A DNA stretch of 64,000 nt from Mytilus edulis (taxonomy: Eukaryota), in assembly GCF_963676685.1 (NCBI RefSeq), contig NC_092345.1:104470001-104534000 (forward strand), read 5' to 3'. The first letter of the stretch is position 1. Every line of letters begins with the position of its first letter. The notes under the pieces were generated by a model, which was not told the origin of the DNA, ran no database searches, and worked only from the letters and a program-made list of their open reading frames with translations. Positions 24,701-36,457 of this stretch are shown in pieces. The position numbers were made by a program, and so were the translations under genes.

Positions 24701-27700
24701 TTTTATAATTAAATATCTCAAATAGTGCTCTGTGAATCTCAATACAGAGGTATGATAACGCTTATGTTTAAGTCTGGGGAGAGAGAAGACATAAAAAATT
24801 GGCGTCCTATAACGCTCTTGAACACGGACTATAAAATTATTTCCAAAGTACTCGCGGAAAGGTTAAAAAATGTATTACCGCAAATAATTGATTTCGATCA
24901 AAAAGGGTTTGTCAAAGGGCGCAACATTTTTCAAGGCAATAGATTATTACAAGATGTTATAGATTTTTGTGAATTAGAAGATGAGGAGGGTGCGATATTA
25001 TTTTTAGATCAACAAAAAGCATTTGATAGGGCGGAATGGGAATGGATCGATTTTTGCTTATTAAAATTTGGGTTTGGGGAAAAATTCAGGAGTTGGGTAA
25101 AAATGCTTTTCATTAACGCTAAGACGTGCATTCATACGAATGGGTTTACTTCTAGATTCGTAGGCATAACCCGTTCAATTCGTCAAGGATGCCCAATAGC
25201 CCCGATGTTATATATCCTGCAAGCAGAACCACTTGCAGCATCAATTAGAAACAATCCTAATATAAAAGGAATAAAACTTCCTACTAGAACTGGGGACTTT
25301 ATTGAAACAAAGCTAAATATGTTTGCTGACGATACTCAACTCTTTAATAAAAGCGAGGAGTCTATCGAAGAAACATTTAAAACTTTAAAACTGTACGAAA
25401 ATGCTTCGGGGGCTAAAATGAATATGGATAAGACTGTTGGCATGTATTTAGGCAAGTGGCGAAATAAAAAACCAAAATTTAACAAAATTAAATGGTCTAA
25501 GCGTCCTGTGAAAGCATTAGGGGTACTACATGGATACGGGGTGGACTTAGAGATCAAATTTGGTTAGAAAAAATAAATAAAATAAAAAGCTGTATGGAAG
25601 TTTGGAAATCAAGAGATCTCACATTTACGGGAAAAGTCTTAATTATTAAATCCTTTGTACTGTCCGTCATTGGATACGAAATTGAAATGAGAGGTATCCC
25701 GGATATATACGAAAAACAAATAAATAATATTATATGGTCCTTTATATGGGATGGGAAAACAAACCAAGTCGCAAGAACAGTGTGCTGTTTACCGAAAGAA
25801 AAAGGGGGGATAGGAATGATAAACTTAAGGGACTTTATTAAATCAAAACAAGTGAAAAGTATGTACAGTATTGTCAACTCAAAAACACAAAAATGGAATG
25901 CAATAGGAAAATACTGGTTAACGTCACTAGACGAAAAATATGATACAGACTTTTTTATATGTTCTTGTTCGGACACTACATGTTTTAAGCAAATACAAAT
26001 GTCCAATTATTATAAAGAACTTTTAATTTCCTGGACTGACTTACAGAAAATCCAAAAATCGGTCACGAAAGAGGACCTTTTAGAAGAAAATATTTTCGGC
26101 AATTGTAAATTGAAGTTCAAGGGACATGCATTATATTATGCAAATTTTGCCTCCAGTGGAATAAAAAAAATTAAAGATATATGGGACTTAAACAATAAAT
26201 CCTTTAAAACATCCCTTGATATTTTTAACAGTCTTAAAGATAAAAGGAATTGGATTGCACAATATAGCCGCATTAAATCTTCGTTAACACCTCAACAAAT
26301 TGACGTTTTAAAAACAGACTCTAGTATACATAGTCATTCTGATGGACCTATAAAAATAATAAATTCTTGTCAATTTATAAAAAATGGAGTTGTCGTTGAT
26401 GCCAAAAAATTATGCCTTAAAGATATTAGATACTTTTATGAGAATAAAACAGCTCCAAATAGTCAGTTGAAGTGGAATTTACATTTTGGGAATGAACTAC
26501 CATGGGATTACATTTGGGAAACTTTGAATAAGAATTTAGCTAACAGGAAAATTAAACAATTTCAATGGAAGTTACTACATAATATAATTTACACTGAAGA
26601 AAAGTTACAAAAAATGAATCGCTCAAACGGGAAGTGTCACTTTTGCAATGAAAAAGAATCACTATTTCATCTTTTTATTTATTGTAAACTGGTGGAAGAC
26701 GTTTGGCGGGAAATTTTTGAGAAAATAAGGGAATTTTGTTCAAAATTAAATATCCAAAAATTACAAAAATCGGAAACAAGTATAATTTTTGGGGTCATTA
26801 ATGCAGATGCATCTTATACCCAAATTTTAGATACGGTGCTTTTAATCACGAAATGGGTTATCTGGAAAACTAGAAATATCGCAAAATATCAAAAGAAAGG
26901 GATAAGTAAATTGGTGATTTTAAATATGATAAAACATGAAATGCAATTTCTGCTCAAATATTTTAAACCGAATACGAAAATCGAAGCCTATTCTACTATG
27001 TGTGACATTTTTTGTATATAAATATATATTTTGCATGGTCAGGTCAGTTCAATGACCTCCTTGATACTGATTGAATAATAATATGTACACTGCTCGCAAC
27101 TCCCTACATGTAATTTCTGTTGTGTATATATTCATGTATATCATCTAATTGTAACAAGACATGTTGTATCAACAGGTTCATATTATAAACAAATATTTAC
27201 TCACCATATCTTTGATATTAATCCTTATTGGGAATCAAAATCATTAATTTATCCATTTTTTTATGAATGAAGTACACATCCCTTTAACAAATCGCACGTG
27301 GTAAATGATCACTCGACCAGAAATTTAATGTAATCGAAATTAACATAACAAAAGACTTGATGTACGATAAAATTGAAACTGCTTAATAAATACAGGTAGC
27401 CTTTGTGAGAAATAAATGAAGATAAAAAACAAACTTTATTCAAATAATTATATATGGTGAGATGTATAGATATATAGATCGATATTGATTGCAGGTACAT
27501 GTACATATGTACAAAGATAGATAATATTTTTAAAGGTTGATGTTAATAATTTATAGTGGGAGTTTTTTTCTCATTTGCTTTTCCCCGACAAATGAGACTG
27601 TAAAAATTGGGGCCCCCTTAGTTGCTTCCCTGGGCAACTGAGGGTTGATGTAACAGGTGATTGTTAATAAAATATGTTTAATATTAAAAAAAAAAAAAAA

Positions 27701-30700
27701 TATCTCAAATAGGAACGTATACCCTATCAACATTTTAAGCTTATTATATTCCTTCACTAATGCTCTTCTGAATTAATGCACCTATTCTAAATTCTAGATT
27801 TCTTTAATTTCACCTATAATAGTACATTCTTAAGTTATTACTATCTATCAACACTCTCAGGCATGTTTCATTTGTTATTAATTGGTGTGGAATGGGAGAT
27901 AACTCTATATTCTTTGATTTACTCCCAAAAGTCATAGGACTGGCATATAACTGTGTTTCATGTTTTAGTTTTAATTTATTTAAATTTTGAAGTTTATTAT
28001 TCTAGCTTCTTTGGATTTTATTAAACTTAGATATCAATTAATACCAATGAATTTAGCTTAGACATAACGTAACGGTACCCAAATTGCAGCGAGTACCCAA
28101 ATTGCACCTATTTAGCAAAAATAGCAGCGGACATCTTACAAGATTTCCTAGAGACTAGGCTTAAATTAAAATATTGTTTGTTTGCAGTTTACCGACCGAC
28201 CCTTGAAAATCCTCCCGACTGTGAAAATTTTATTGCTTTAAATTTGAAGAAATTTTTTTTAATACTTCTATTGACGCGATCCGGAACTTTGTGTCCTTTC
28301 CAGAAATGATTTAAAGTCTGGGTCAATAGACCACTTTCGAGTTCATCCGTCACCGGAAAAAACTCGTCAATTATACGCGCCTTTATGACGTCATTTACCA
28401 GATTCAGGGGGTCGCCTGTATCCCTGCACTATTTACGTTCATCAAGCGTCTTTGTGATCGTCATTGTGCAGGATAAACTAGACATAATGGTTGTTCTGTA
28501 GGTACTGAATGGCAATTCCCTAATGACAGCAATGCTGATTGTCACTTTTGAGAATTCAGTTTGCCGAATAATTCGTACAATATAGAATTATAGTTTTTAA
28601 ACCACTCGCTCGACATTGGAAAGGAAGTGACGAAGCCCCTAAACGCACAAATGACGTTCACTAAAACCAGAGCTTTTGACGGAAATGCATCGAACTCGAA
28701 AGTTGTCTATTACGCATTTCAAGTTCGTTTTTTTTTAGCTTTCCGTCAAGCGTTCATGTGACCATTTAATGATAAAGCACATGGAAATTGTTTACAGGTA
28801 TCCATGTAGTCACGGAGGAGTACTTTACGCTGTCGTCTCGTGTCAATTTTAAGACAAATAACAAACAAAAAAAAGTTTATTAGTAAACTGTTTATACAGA
28901 TTCAGGCACATGTAATGATGTGTGATGATATCATTGACGATGATGCAGCGGATATTCATAACTGACACGATAACCATTCTGTCTCAAACAAATCGAGTAC
29001 AGAATCTTTGGAGCCTGACTTTATGGAACCAATTTCAGTGGTTAAATAATTCGACAGCAGCTTGAAGTATGGCATATTTTCTACAAATCATTGTAAAGAC
29101 GACAAAGATGAAACAACTCCGTGTACAGGCACTTGTTTCTATCCATTGGAAGACCCACTATCAACATATATTTCGTAAATATACTTTGATAGTGGGTCTT
29201 CCAATGGATAGAAACAAGTGCCTGTGCCTCCGTGACTTAAATCTTCATGGATATCTGTAAACACGTCTGTACGGAGGAAGGGCTCATTTGAAATGTTAAT
29301 GGATATAGATCATGCCAAATCAATAAGAAGCAACGCTAACTACACAAAGATGTAGAGAAAATGAATGGTTAGCTTGAAAAATAAATATACTCTCTCTATA
29401 TTAAATCTATCTTCGATTGCAATGAGTATGCTCCTTTAGGATAAGGGGGGCTGCCCCACTTATTGCAATTATTCTCTTTATTACAATATCAAATATACCC
29501 AAACTGTGTGGCCTGTGTGAATTCAATTAAAACATGTCCTTAGAAGCTATGCTGCCAATTTTTTTTATGCATTAAAAACATTTCAGTACAGACCATTTAC
29601 TTTTAATGGGGTGCTATGGATTTCGCCCCAAACTTAAGATTTCTTTGGTTTTCATTAAAACCTGGCAAAAATATAACCTTATCACATATAATTAAATACT
29701 GTTAGAAATATGAAAACAGTCAAATGTCTTAATACTTTTTTTTCAAGTTGCCTTTTTTTCAATTGAGGAAGATTCAATGGTTATTTTTTTTTTATTAAAA
29801 ATACACTCTTTAATACATTGTCTTATAAATCTTTAATATCTACATTTTTCTGATGAAAATACTCTACTCATGAAAACATTCTAGTCAAGAAGCATACATG
29901 TCTGAATATATTTCTTTAAAACCGTTCTAGTCATAATGAAATTCCTTGTTTATAAGTGTTCCAGTATTTAATAATTATACCATATTTTTATGTCATAAAT
30001 TGGATAATGACACTATGTTAAAGTTTCAGTTTTGGTTAAAAAGTTTTTTATCTGAAAATGCCTGTTCATTTGATGTTGGTTTTCAGCATGTCCAGTGTTT
30101 GTTGTTTTAAAATGTTTTTTTTTCTTCACAAGAAACTTGGTTTATAGTGTAACTGCTTGTTTAAACTGTATTTTGGCTGATAAAATAAAATATTTTTCCT
30201 ACCTACCGACCCTTCAGTCTGAAGGTACAGTCGGAAAACTGCAAACAAACATATTTTTAAGGTTGGCCCTACACAATTTGTATTTTCATGATTTGATACT
30301 ATGCACATCTTTCAACATAGGTAAAAATATATAGATATGCACAAAACGTTCACAGTATTTATCAATAGATGAAGTGTTTACTGAAAAAAGCAAAATGTAC
30401 TGAAACGTCACAATGCGACGTCATAAAAACGTCATCTTTTTTAAATGATCAAATACAATATGTTACAAGTATCCATTTAAAAAAAAATGAAGAGTAAGCA
30501 TGGAATAATATCCAATTGTTCAAAATATTTGAAGAAATTAAACAAAAGCTCTGTTATTTGACTTTTGACAATGCGAATTTAAGCATGGATGCAATTTTGG
30601 TACTCCTCATTTCAGAATAATTGATGGTTTGGAGGTCAGTTTAGACCAATGTTTGTATGATTCCATATGGATTAAATATCAAATTGGTATACCTATATAA

Positions 30701-33700
30701 TAAAGAAGGATACGGCTACAAAATAAAAACAGAATGGACATTTTTGTCTTTATCATAAAAAAAGGTAGGTGAAAAAACTGTCAAAATAGGTGCAATTTGG
30801 GTACCGTCACGTTAAATATAAGAATTATTTGTTTCCATGTTGTTGTATTTAATTTAGATAAAGTTACATTCTGTGTCAGTATTAATTGTTTTCCATGCTG
30901 TTGTATTTGAATTTTAATAGACATTTAAATTACTTGTTTTTCATGCTGTTGAAGTTTGCTCCATTCACTCCCTAGCAGTCTTGTTAGTTCTGAGAAAGAC
31001 AGGTTTGGATTTTCTTTTCTCATCACTTCTCTTTTCTCGTTCAGGAAGCGTATGTATCCAGATAGTGCTGGTTTTGGGGCATTACGATCTTTCAGTTTCT
31101 TTCTTTTTTTCCCTTTTGGCCATCCTCCTTTCTTTGTTTTCTGAAAAAGGGAAATCTGGCAAATAACAACAATCATACCATTAATGCATATAGTAAGGAG
31201 CCTGTAATTCAGTGGTTGTTGTTTGTTGATGTGTTACATATTTTTATTTGTTCATTTTTTGTACATAAATTCGGCTGTTAGTTTTCTCATTTGAATTATT
31301 TTACATTTGTCATTTTAGGGCCTTTTACAGCTGACTATGCAATATAGATTTTGCTCATTGTTAAAGGCCGATAGTTGTTAATTTCTTAGTCATTTGGTTT
31401 CTTGTGGAGAGTTGTCTCATTGGCAATCCTACCCTATCTTCTTTTTTTAAATATATCCATGTCCAGCGGACAAATGATAAAATTTTACAGTTATATAAAT
31501 ATTAATTGCTTTATACTAGACTGACATGCTGAATCATATTTTATTTGTCCTTATTCATAAAGTAACGTGAAGAAATGTTAAATTACTAAGACAAATAACT
31601 CTACAGTAAAAATGATAAACATCAAAAATCAATTTGAACTTCTTTGGTATGTAATTACTAGGCTTGATACTAAACCCTAGGCCTCTCACACTACAATTAA
31701 TGTTGTGTGTTCTTAATCATCATTTACAAGTAAAAGTCCATTTAAATATACCATCATTACAGTAGTCATTTGTAAAATATGGTTGGCGCAATTCACATTC
31801 TATCATTTGATGAGTACAAAATCCTATCAACAATATAAGTTTACAGAGAAACATGAGAAACATAGAATATAAGTCTTACCTCAGACTGTGTTTCATTTTC
31901 TGATGCTGGTATGTTGGCTACTGAAAAGACATTTATAATATTGCTAACAGGAATTACACACACAACTTATAAAGTTTTATTGAGTGATTGTTTGTTTGTT
32001 TAATGTTAAGCTGCAAATAGTTCATGCATACAACAGATGAAAACACATTAAGGATACATTTTATTGGTAGGTTAAAATACTAAGTGGGTCCACAACCATT
32101 ATATTGTTTGTGATCCTCATTCATAATCTTTCGGAAAGTTTGACAAATACTATGGCTCAAAAAAGATGTCTGCAATTTGTCTGCAGTTATTGATGCTGAC
32201 AAAGTAAATGGTCACTATTTGCAAAGAGGCATTTTATGGTTAATTGTTTATGATGATTTCAAATATCAATAGGATTCAAGACACTTCATTGTGGTAAAAA
32301 GGGTTTATTTATAGTTGCTTTTGCCTTGACCTTGTAAAATGGAACCTTGTCATTTGAGAATAAGTAAAGATATTTCCCCCCAGAGACCGTTATGTATCAA
32401 AGTCTGATAAAAATCTGATGTATGATAAAGATATTATCTCCAAACAAATTTTTTTCCTATATTTTCAGTTAATTTATAACGTCTGCCACCTTGGCTGTTA
32501 ATGCATTGACCTAGTAACTCTAAAATTCATAAAAACTAACATATTCATTTCCTAAAAATATCAATTAAATGTTTGGTAATTATTTGGTACTTATTCAAAT
32601 TTAATTCTCCCTTAAAAAAAAATACATTAGCTGCAATTTTGCTCTTTTTTCCAAGAGCTGTTGATTTTCAAAATAAAACATAATAAAATAACTATTTACA
32701 ACTCAAAAGACATTGTTTAGACACTTCAATGGCTTTAAAGTTGAGAATATCAAAAAATTAATGAAAAGAGGAACGATCATGATGATAGAACCAAAAACAA
32801 GCTGAGTCAAAGTAAGCATCATCACACTCTATATAGTAACATATTACTATATATTAAATTGTATGTTCCTTTATACATAATATTAGTTCAAAAACATTTA
32901 CCTTGTTGTAAATCTCCAAGCTGTGGATTTGGAAGAAAACTGCCATCTTGTGAAGCAAAACTAAAAGAAAAATCCTTCAAACTTAGCAAAATATCATTTA
33001 TAATGCATAGCTATATGTATATCAAAAGACATTAAATAAATAACACATAGCTGAGAGGGTGATAGAGCAGACTGGTACCCGAGAAAACATTGTCAACCGC
33101 GGCAAAGCCCAGGTTGACAATGCTTTTTCGAGGGGTACCAATCTGCTCTATCACCCTCTCAGCTATGTGTTATTTAATTTGTTATACTGAAAGTCCTATC
33201 ATTATAATCTTTTACAGATTAATTTTATTTTAAAAGTATTTTCTATGACGTCACGTACATAACAATGTTACAGTTATAAGAAAAAAAAACGGCAAAAGTT
33301 AAGCAAGATGTTTTATTATTTTTATTTTGACAGTCAAATAATAAAATCTGATCCAAACCGTAGAACTTTATCATTGTATTCAATTACTTGATATAAATTC
33401 AATTCATTGTCTTTTAATCTATCAATTTTTGATTGGTCTAGACGAGAGGGTAACATTCAAAAAAATTGTCACCCTCTCAGCCATGTGATAGAGTAAATTA
33501 ACACCCTTGTATCAGCCAATCAAAATATGGCATTTTAACGTGAAGTATAATAAAATAATTTGATATATATTACCCTCGTCTTTACATCTAACACTATATT
33601 CTCATTTCTATTACATTACAAGTGTACAAAAAAAAAAAAAAAGAATTTCGTTTAAATTAATGACTCACCATAATCAATAAAACATGACACAAGTGCTTAA

Positions 33701-35054
33701 TTATAGTCACCATTACTTACAAGGATAACATAATCAATAAAACATGACATAAGTGCTTAATTATAGTCACAAATACTTACAAGGATAACATAATCAATAA
33801 AACATGACATAAGTGCTTAATTATAGTCACAAATACTTACAAGGATAACATAATCAATAAAACATGACATAAATGCTTTATTTTGTAATTCATTTGATTG
33901 TATAGCTCAAATTTTGGGCACCATGATTGGTTAATAAAATTATCTATCTAATATATAGTCACCATTACTTACAAGGATGTATCTGATGTTTTGAATATTT
34001 AAAACAATAACATCATTTATACAGGTCATGAAAACTCATTTGTACAAGAACAAAATGTAAATCCAGATTTTTTTTGTGTTCTAGCATGTTATCACAAACA
34101 TGTAATTCTAACTGCTAGCAACTTCAGACAAATTTGCTCTTACTCTAAAAGCTATGCAGACAAGGGGTAACCATAATAGTGTACAAGACCATGCATGCAG
34201 TTATGTTTATTAAATTAAACATAAATTAAAATTATGTCATTAGTTTTAATATTTGAATTATTTTACATTTGTCATTTCAAGGTCTTTTATAGCTGACTAT
34301 GTGGTATGGACATAGCTTAGTGTTGAAGGCTGTACAGTGATCTAAAGTTGTTAATTTTTGTGTCATTTTGGTCTCTTGTGAAGAGTTGTCTTATACCACA
34401 TCTTCTTTTTCAAATGCACCTTCCAATTATAATATTACTGTAGTAAACAAATGTAGCAATGAGTTGGTACATTGTATATTTCATGTTGATATTTTGATGT
34501 GATGTGATGTTGACTAGAAAACTGTCTGGTATGTCATTCATTTTTCACAATTCACAAGTCATCGTCACAGAATTATACGACTGTTCAAACTTTCTTTTTC
34601 TCTTTTTACTTTATATCCTTTTTGTTCACCTATCAAAGCTAGTATTATATTGTATAAATTGTTTGTTTTATATGCATGTCCATTATATTATACTATTATT
34701 GTAACTTTATATTGTATTATGGAGAAGACTTCATAAGTATGATTTACTTGTGTCTAATCCATTTTGCTTTAATTCAGCAAATAAAATATGTTTAAACTAA
34801 TTTCATTGGGTAAAGGTAAAGGTAAAGAAGAAATCAAAGTAGTATATTTAGTGGTACCAGTTTCAAGTGTACAGTTTGAAAATTAATGATATTTTAATAT
34901 ATTCACAAAAATTCCAAGTGAAACTTGAATACATATTTATAACTTACGAGGCATCAACTGTTAAATCTGTACTTTCTTTAGACACATCATCATCAAAGCC
35001 TTCAAACCCAAGCTTCAAACCAGACAGATTACCTGGCCCTGATCCATAATCCAT
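18777..35054 (-). CDS. HMG20A: High mobility group protein 20A/B (iBRAF/BRAF35-like), 10 coding exons, 335 aa
   Basis: Exons 34948-35054, 32902-32960, 31880-31920, 30934-31140, 23741-23855, 23015-23052, 22259-22331, 21406-21621, 20860-20998 and 18777-18789 total 1008 nt with consistent phases. Motifs: [13 protein letters not shown] box, [19 protein letters not shown] coiled coil. Confidence 0.93.
19379..19939. mobile_element. Hairpin-capped non-autonomous element
   Basis: Long palindrome 19793-19939 centred on ggccgttggcc. Confidence 0.6.
20138..20772 (+). mobile_element. HINE/pearl-like element with an internal 168-bp tandem array and (ggac)n(ggat)n microsatellite
   Basis: acaagt start; subterminal IR atacccccgc / gcgggggtat; repeat anchors 20201, 20369, 20537; microsatellite 20662-20728. 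Confidence 0.8.
20860..20998 (-). CDS. HMG20A: HMG20 exon [45 protein letters not shown]
   Basis: Conserved HMG20 C-terminus; ttttcag / gtaagc. Confidence 0.92.
21406..21621 (-). CDS. HMG20A: HMG20 coiled-coil exon [30 protein letters not shown]...IPIP
   Basis: Conserved coiled coil; ttttag / gtattt, phase 1/1. Confidence 0.93.
22259..22331 (-). CDS. HMG20A: HMG20 exon [24 protein letters not shown]
   Basis: Diagnostic FDIPIFTE(E/D)FL motif; ttttatag / gtaggt. Confidence 0.93.
22459..22626. repeat. 33-bp minisatellite x5 (HMG20 intron)
   Basis: atccttgtataccaatactgtattcatcatcaa repeated. Confidence 0.95.
23015..23052 (-). CDS. HMG20A: HMG20 small exon (E)[12 protein letters not shown]
   Basis: tacag / gtgagg; phase 1->0 is needed to join its neighbours. 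Confidence 0.75.
23741..23855 (-). CDS. HMG20A: HMG20 HMG-box C-terminal exon [26 protein letters not shown]
   Basis: Within ORF 23676-23942; ttttcag / gtactt. Confidence 0.94.
24148..24490. repeat. 58/50-bp minisatellite x6 (HMG20 intron)
   Basis: ttatcaacccaacaaatgccaaaggtcatgtttaggaatctgtgtcagatg(ttcagac) repeated. Confidence 0.95.
24726..27021 (+). pseudogene. Tx1 ORF2 remnant (RT plus CCHC) with one frameshift near 25550
   Basis: ORFs 24725-25567 and 25594-27021; a 2-bp ga duplication (gacttagagatc) explains the shift. Confidence 0.9.
24726..27697 (+). mobile_element. 5'-truncated L1/Tx1-clade LINE, antisense in the intron that splits the HMG box
   Basis: Perfect 15-bp TSD aaatatctcaaatag (24711-24725 / 27698-27712); AATAAA plus poly(A); RT motifs [22 protein letters not shown]; C-terminal [14 protein letters not shown]. 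Confidence 0.95.
28158..30268. mobile_element. PIF/Harbinger-like non-autonomous element (CTA TSD)
   Basis: TIR ggc..aaaatattgtttgtttgcagtttaccgac / gtcggaaaactgcaaacaaacatatttt..gcc; cta duplicated relative to the empty site at ~40036. Confidence 0.8.
28328..28708. mobile_element. MITE with AT flanks (ISL2EU-like) nested in the Harbinger-like element
   Basis: TIR agaccactttcgagttc / gaactcgaaagttgtct. Confidence 0.75.
30934..31140 (-). CDS. HMG20A: HMG20 HMG-box N-terminal exon [32 protein letters not shown]...EKQ
   Basis: Within ORF 30925-31176; ttttcag / gtaatt. Confidence 0.95.
31197..31445. repeat. Abundant interspersed (SINE-like) repeat; related pieces at 34250-34410 and, in the opposite orientation, 52078-52470
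   Basis: Shared ttttacatttgtcattt..gg.cttttayagctgactatg and gagagttgtctcatt motifs. Confidence 0.6.
31880..31920 (-). CDS. HMG20A: HMG20 small exon (V)[13 protein letters not shown]
   Basis: ttttcag / gtaaga, phase 1->0. Confidence 0.75.
32902..32960 (-). CDS. HMG20A: HMG20 exon [19 protein letters not shown]
   Basis: ttcttttag / gtaaat, phase 2->1. Confidence 0.72.
33036..33553. mobile_element. Hairpin-capped non-autonomous element
   Basis: ~140-bp palindrome 33036-33176 (loop cggcaaagcc); ttatact / agtataa internal-terminal IR. Confidence 0.7.
33669..33977. repeat. 60-bp tandem repeat x3.5 containing a minus-strand GTAAGT
   Basis: cataatcaataaaacatgacataagtgcttaattatagtcacaaatacttacaaggataa repeated; partial copy at 33955-33977. 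Confidence 0.9.
34948..35054 (-). CDS. HMG20A: HMG20 probable start exon [34 protein letters not shown]
   Basis: tttacag acceptor at 35057, ATG at 35054, gtaagt donor at 34947, phase 2. Confidence 0.7.
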
Positions 35055-35152
35055 ACCTGTAAATATAAACAGAGGTCATGCAATTCTTTCAAATTACCTG
35101 CCCCCGATCCATAATCCACACCCGTAAATATGTACTGAGGTCATGCAATTCT
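35028..35152 (-). repeat. 65-bp-period direct duplication spanning the HMG20 start-exon acceptor
   Basis: 35028-35087 vs 35093-35152; ccatacctgt vs ccacacccgt. Confidence 0.9.
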
Positions 35153-36457
35153 ATCATTTTACTTTTCTTCAATTCAATTTCCCATATGAATAGATGATGT
35201 TGGATTAAGAACAAAATATACCATATGAGGAATCTAAATTCAGTAATTTTTATGATTATAAAAGGGCATTACCCAAGAAAAATCAGCACTATCTGTATTA
35301 TGTTGTAATAAGCATTGTGTATAAGTTTCATAACGTTTGGTTGTTGCAAATTAAATGAGAAGGAAAACGAAAAAAAATCAGCAATTTTTATGTTTATAAA
35401 GGGACATAATTCAAAAACAGTAAAAGTCATGAAAGTGAAGCCACCAAATTTCGAACTTGATCTGTAATATGTGATAATATTTATTGTGTATAATTTTCAC
35501 AACCATAGGTTGAGGCAAACTTAAGTTAAAGAACGGAAACGAAAAACAATTTTTATATTTTGAAAGGAGCATAACTCCAGAATAGTAAATGGGAATCGGG
35601 ATGCTATCAAAGGTAATAAGCATTGTGTATAAGTTTCATAACATTTGGTTGATGCAAAATTAAGTTATAGAAAGGAAACCAACTTTGGAACATACATACA
35701 GACAAGGGTAAAACTTAACTGGGTAAGTGATTTTTTTGCTGCTTTGAAGACCCATTGGTGGCCTTGGGCTGTTGTCTGCTCTTTGATCAGGTTTTTACCT
35801 CTTTGACATATATTCCCAATTCTGTATCTGTATCTGTATTAGGAAATCCTTCCTTCAAAGGAGCACTTTGTTATGAACAAGTCTTTATACAATTGGTTTG
35901 GGAATATTAAAAAATAAGAAATAAATGTACGCCCTGTGGGGTGTACATTGGCTACAGTTTCTGACCTTTATGCTAGATGAACAGAAAGGTCTTTAAGAGT
36001 TCATTTTTTTTAGCATGCAAAGCATAGCACAGTTTTCTGGTTAGATTTACTACCATAAAGCAATTGTCAGTGCATTTGCATCTACAACCACAAGCACATA
36101 GCAGGGGTGGATCCAGCCATTAAAAAAGGGGAGTTCCTAACCAAGGAAAAAGAGGGGGGGGTTCCAACTACATGTCCCCATTCAAATGCATTTATCGTCC
36201 CAAAAAAAGGGGGCTGAAGGTAGATTATATTGCACTAGAATGCATCTTGCTTTTGAGAACCAGCTTTGAGAGTTGAAACCAGACACAACGTCACAAGTTT
36301 CCACTCTCCATTTTATTTGAGGAAGGTTAACTTTCTGGTATTAAGACCATTCATCTGTTCATGGCCAGACTGGGGAACTGGGTAGTAAAAATGCTCAGTG
36401 TCGAAACAGTGAGTGACAGTGCAGTGTGAGTGTGCTAAATCTTTAGTAGACTTTAGT

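Larger units (their letters stand above)
28065..30814. mobile_element. TA-flanked MITE carrying nested insertions; uninterrupted sister copy at 39946-40556
   Basis: TIR taacgtaacggtacccaaattgca / tgcaatttgggtaccgtcacgtta; colinear with 39946-40556 once 28158-30271 is removed. Confidence 0.9.

Noticed and set aside
33973-34080. 108-nt frame-preserving HMG20 exon
   Set aside because: Contains an in-frame TGA, and the neighbouring exons already join in phase without it.
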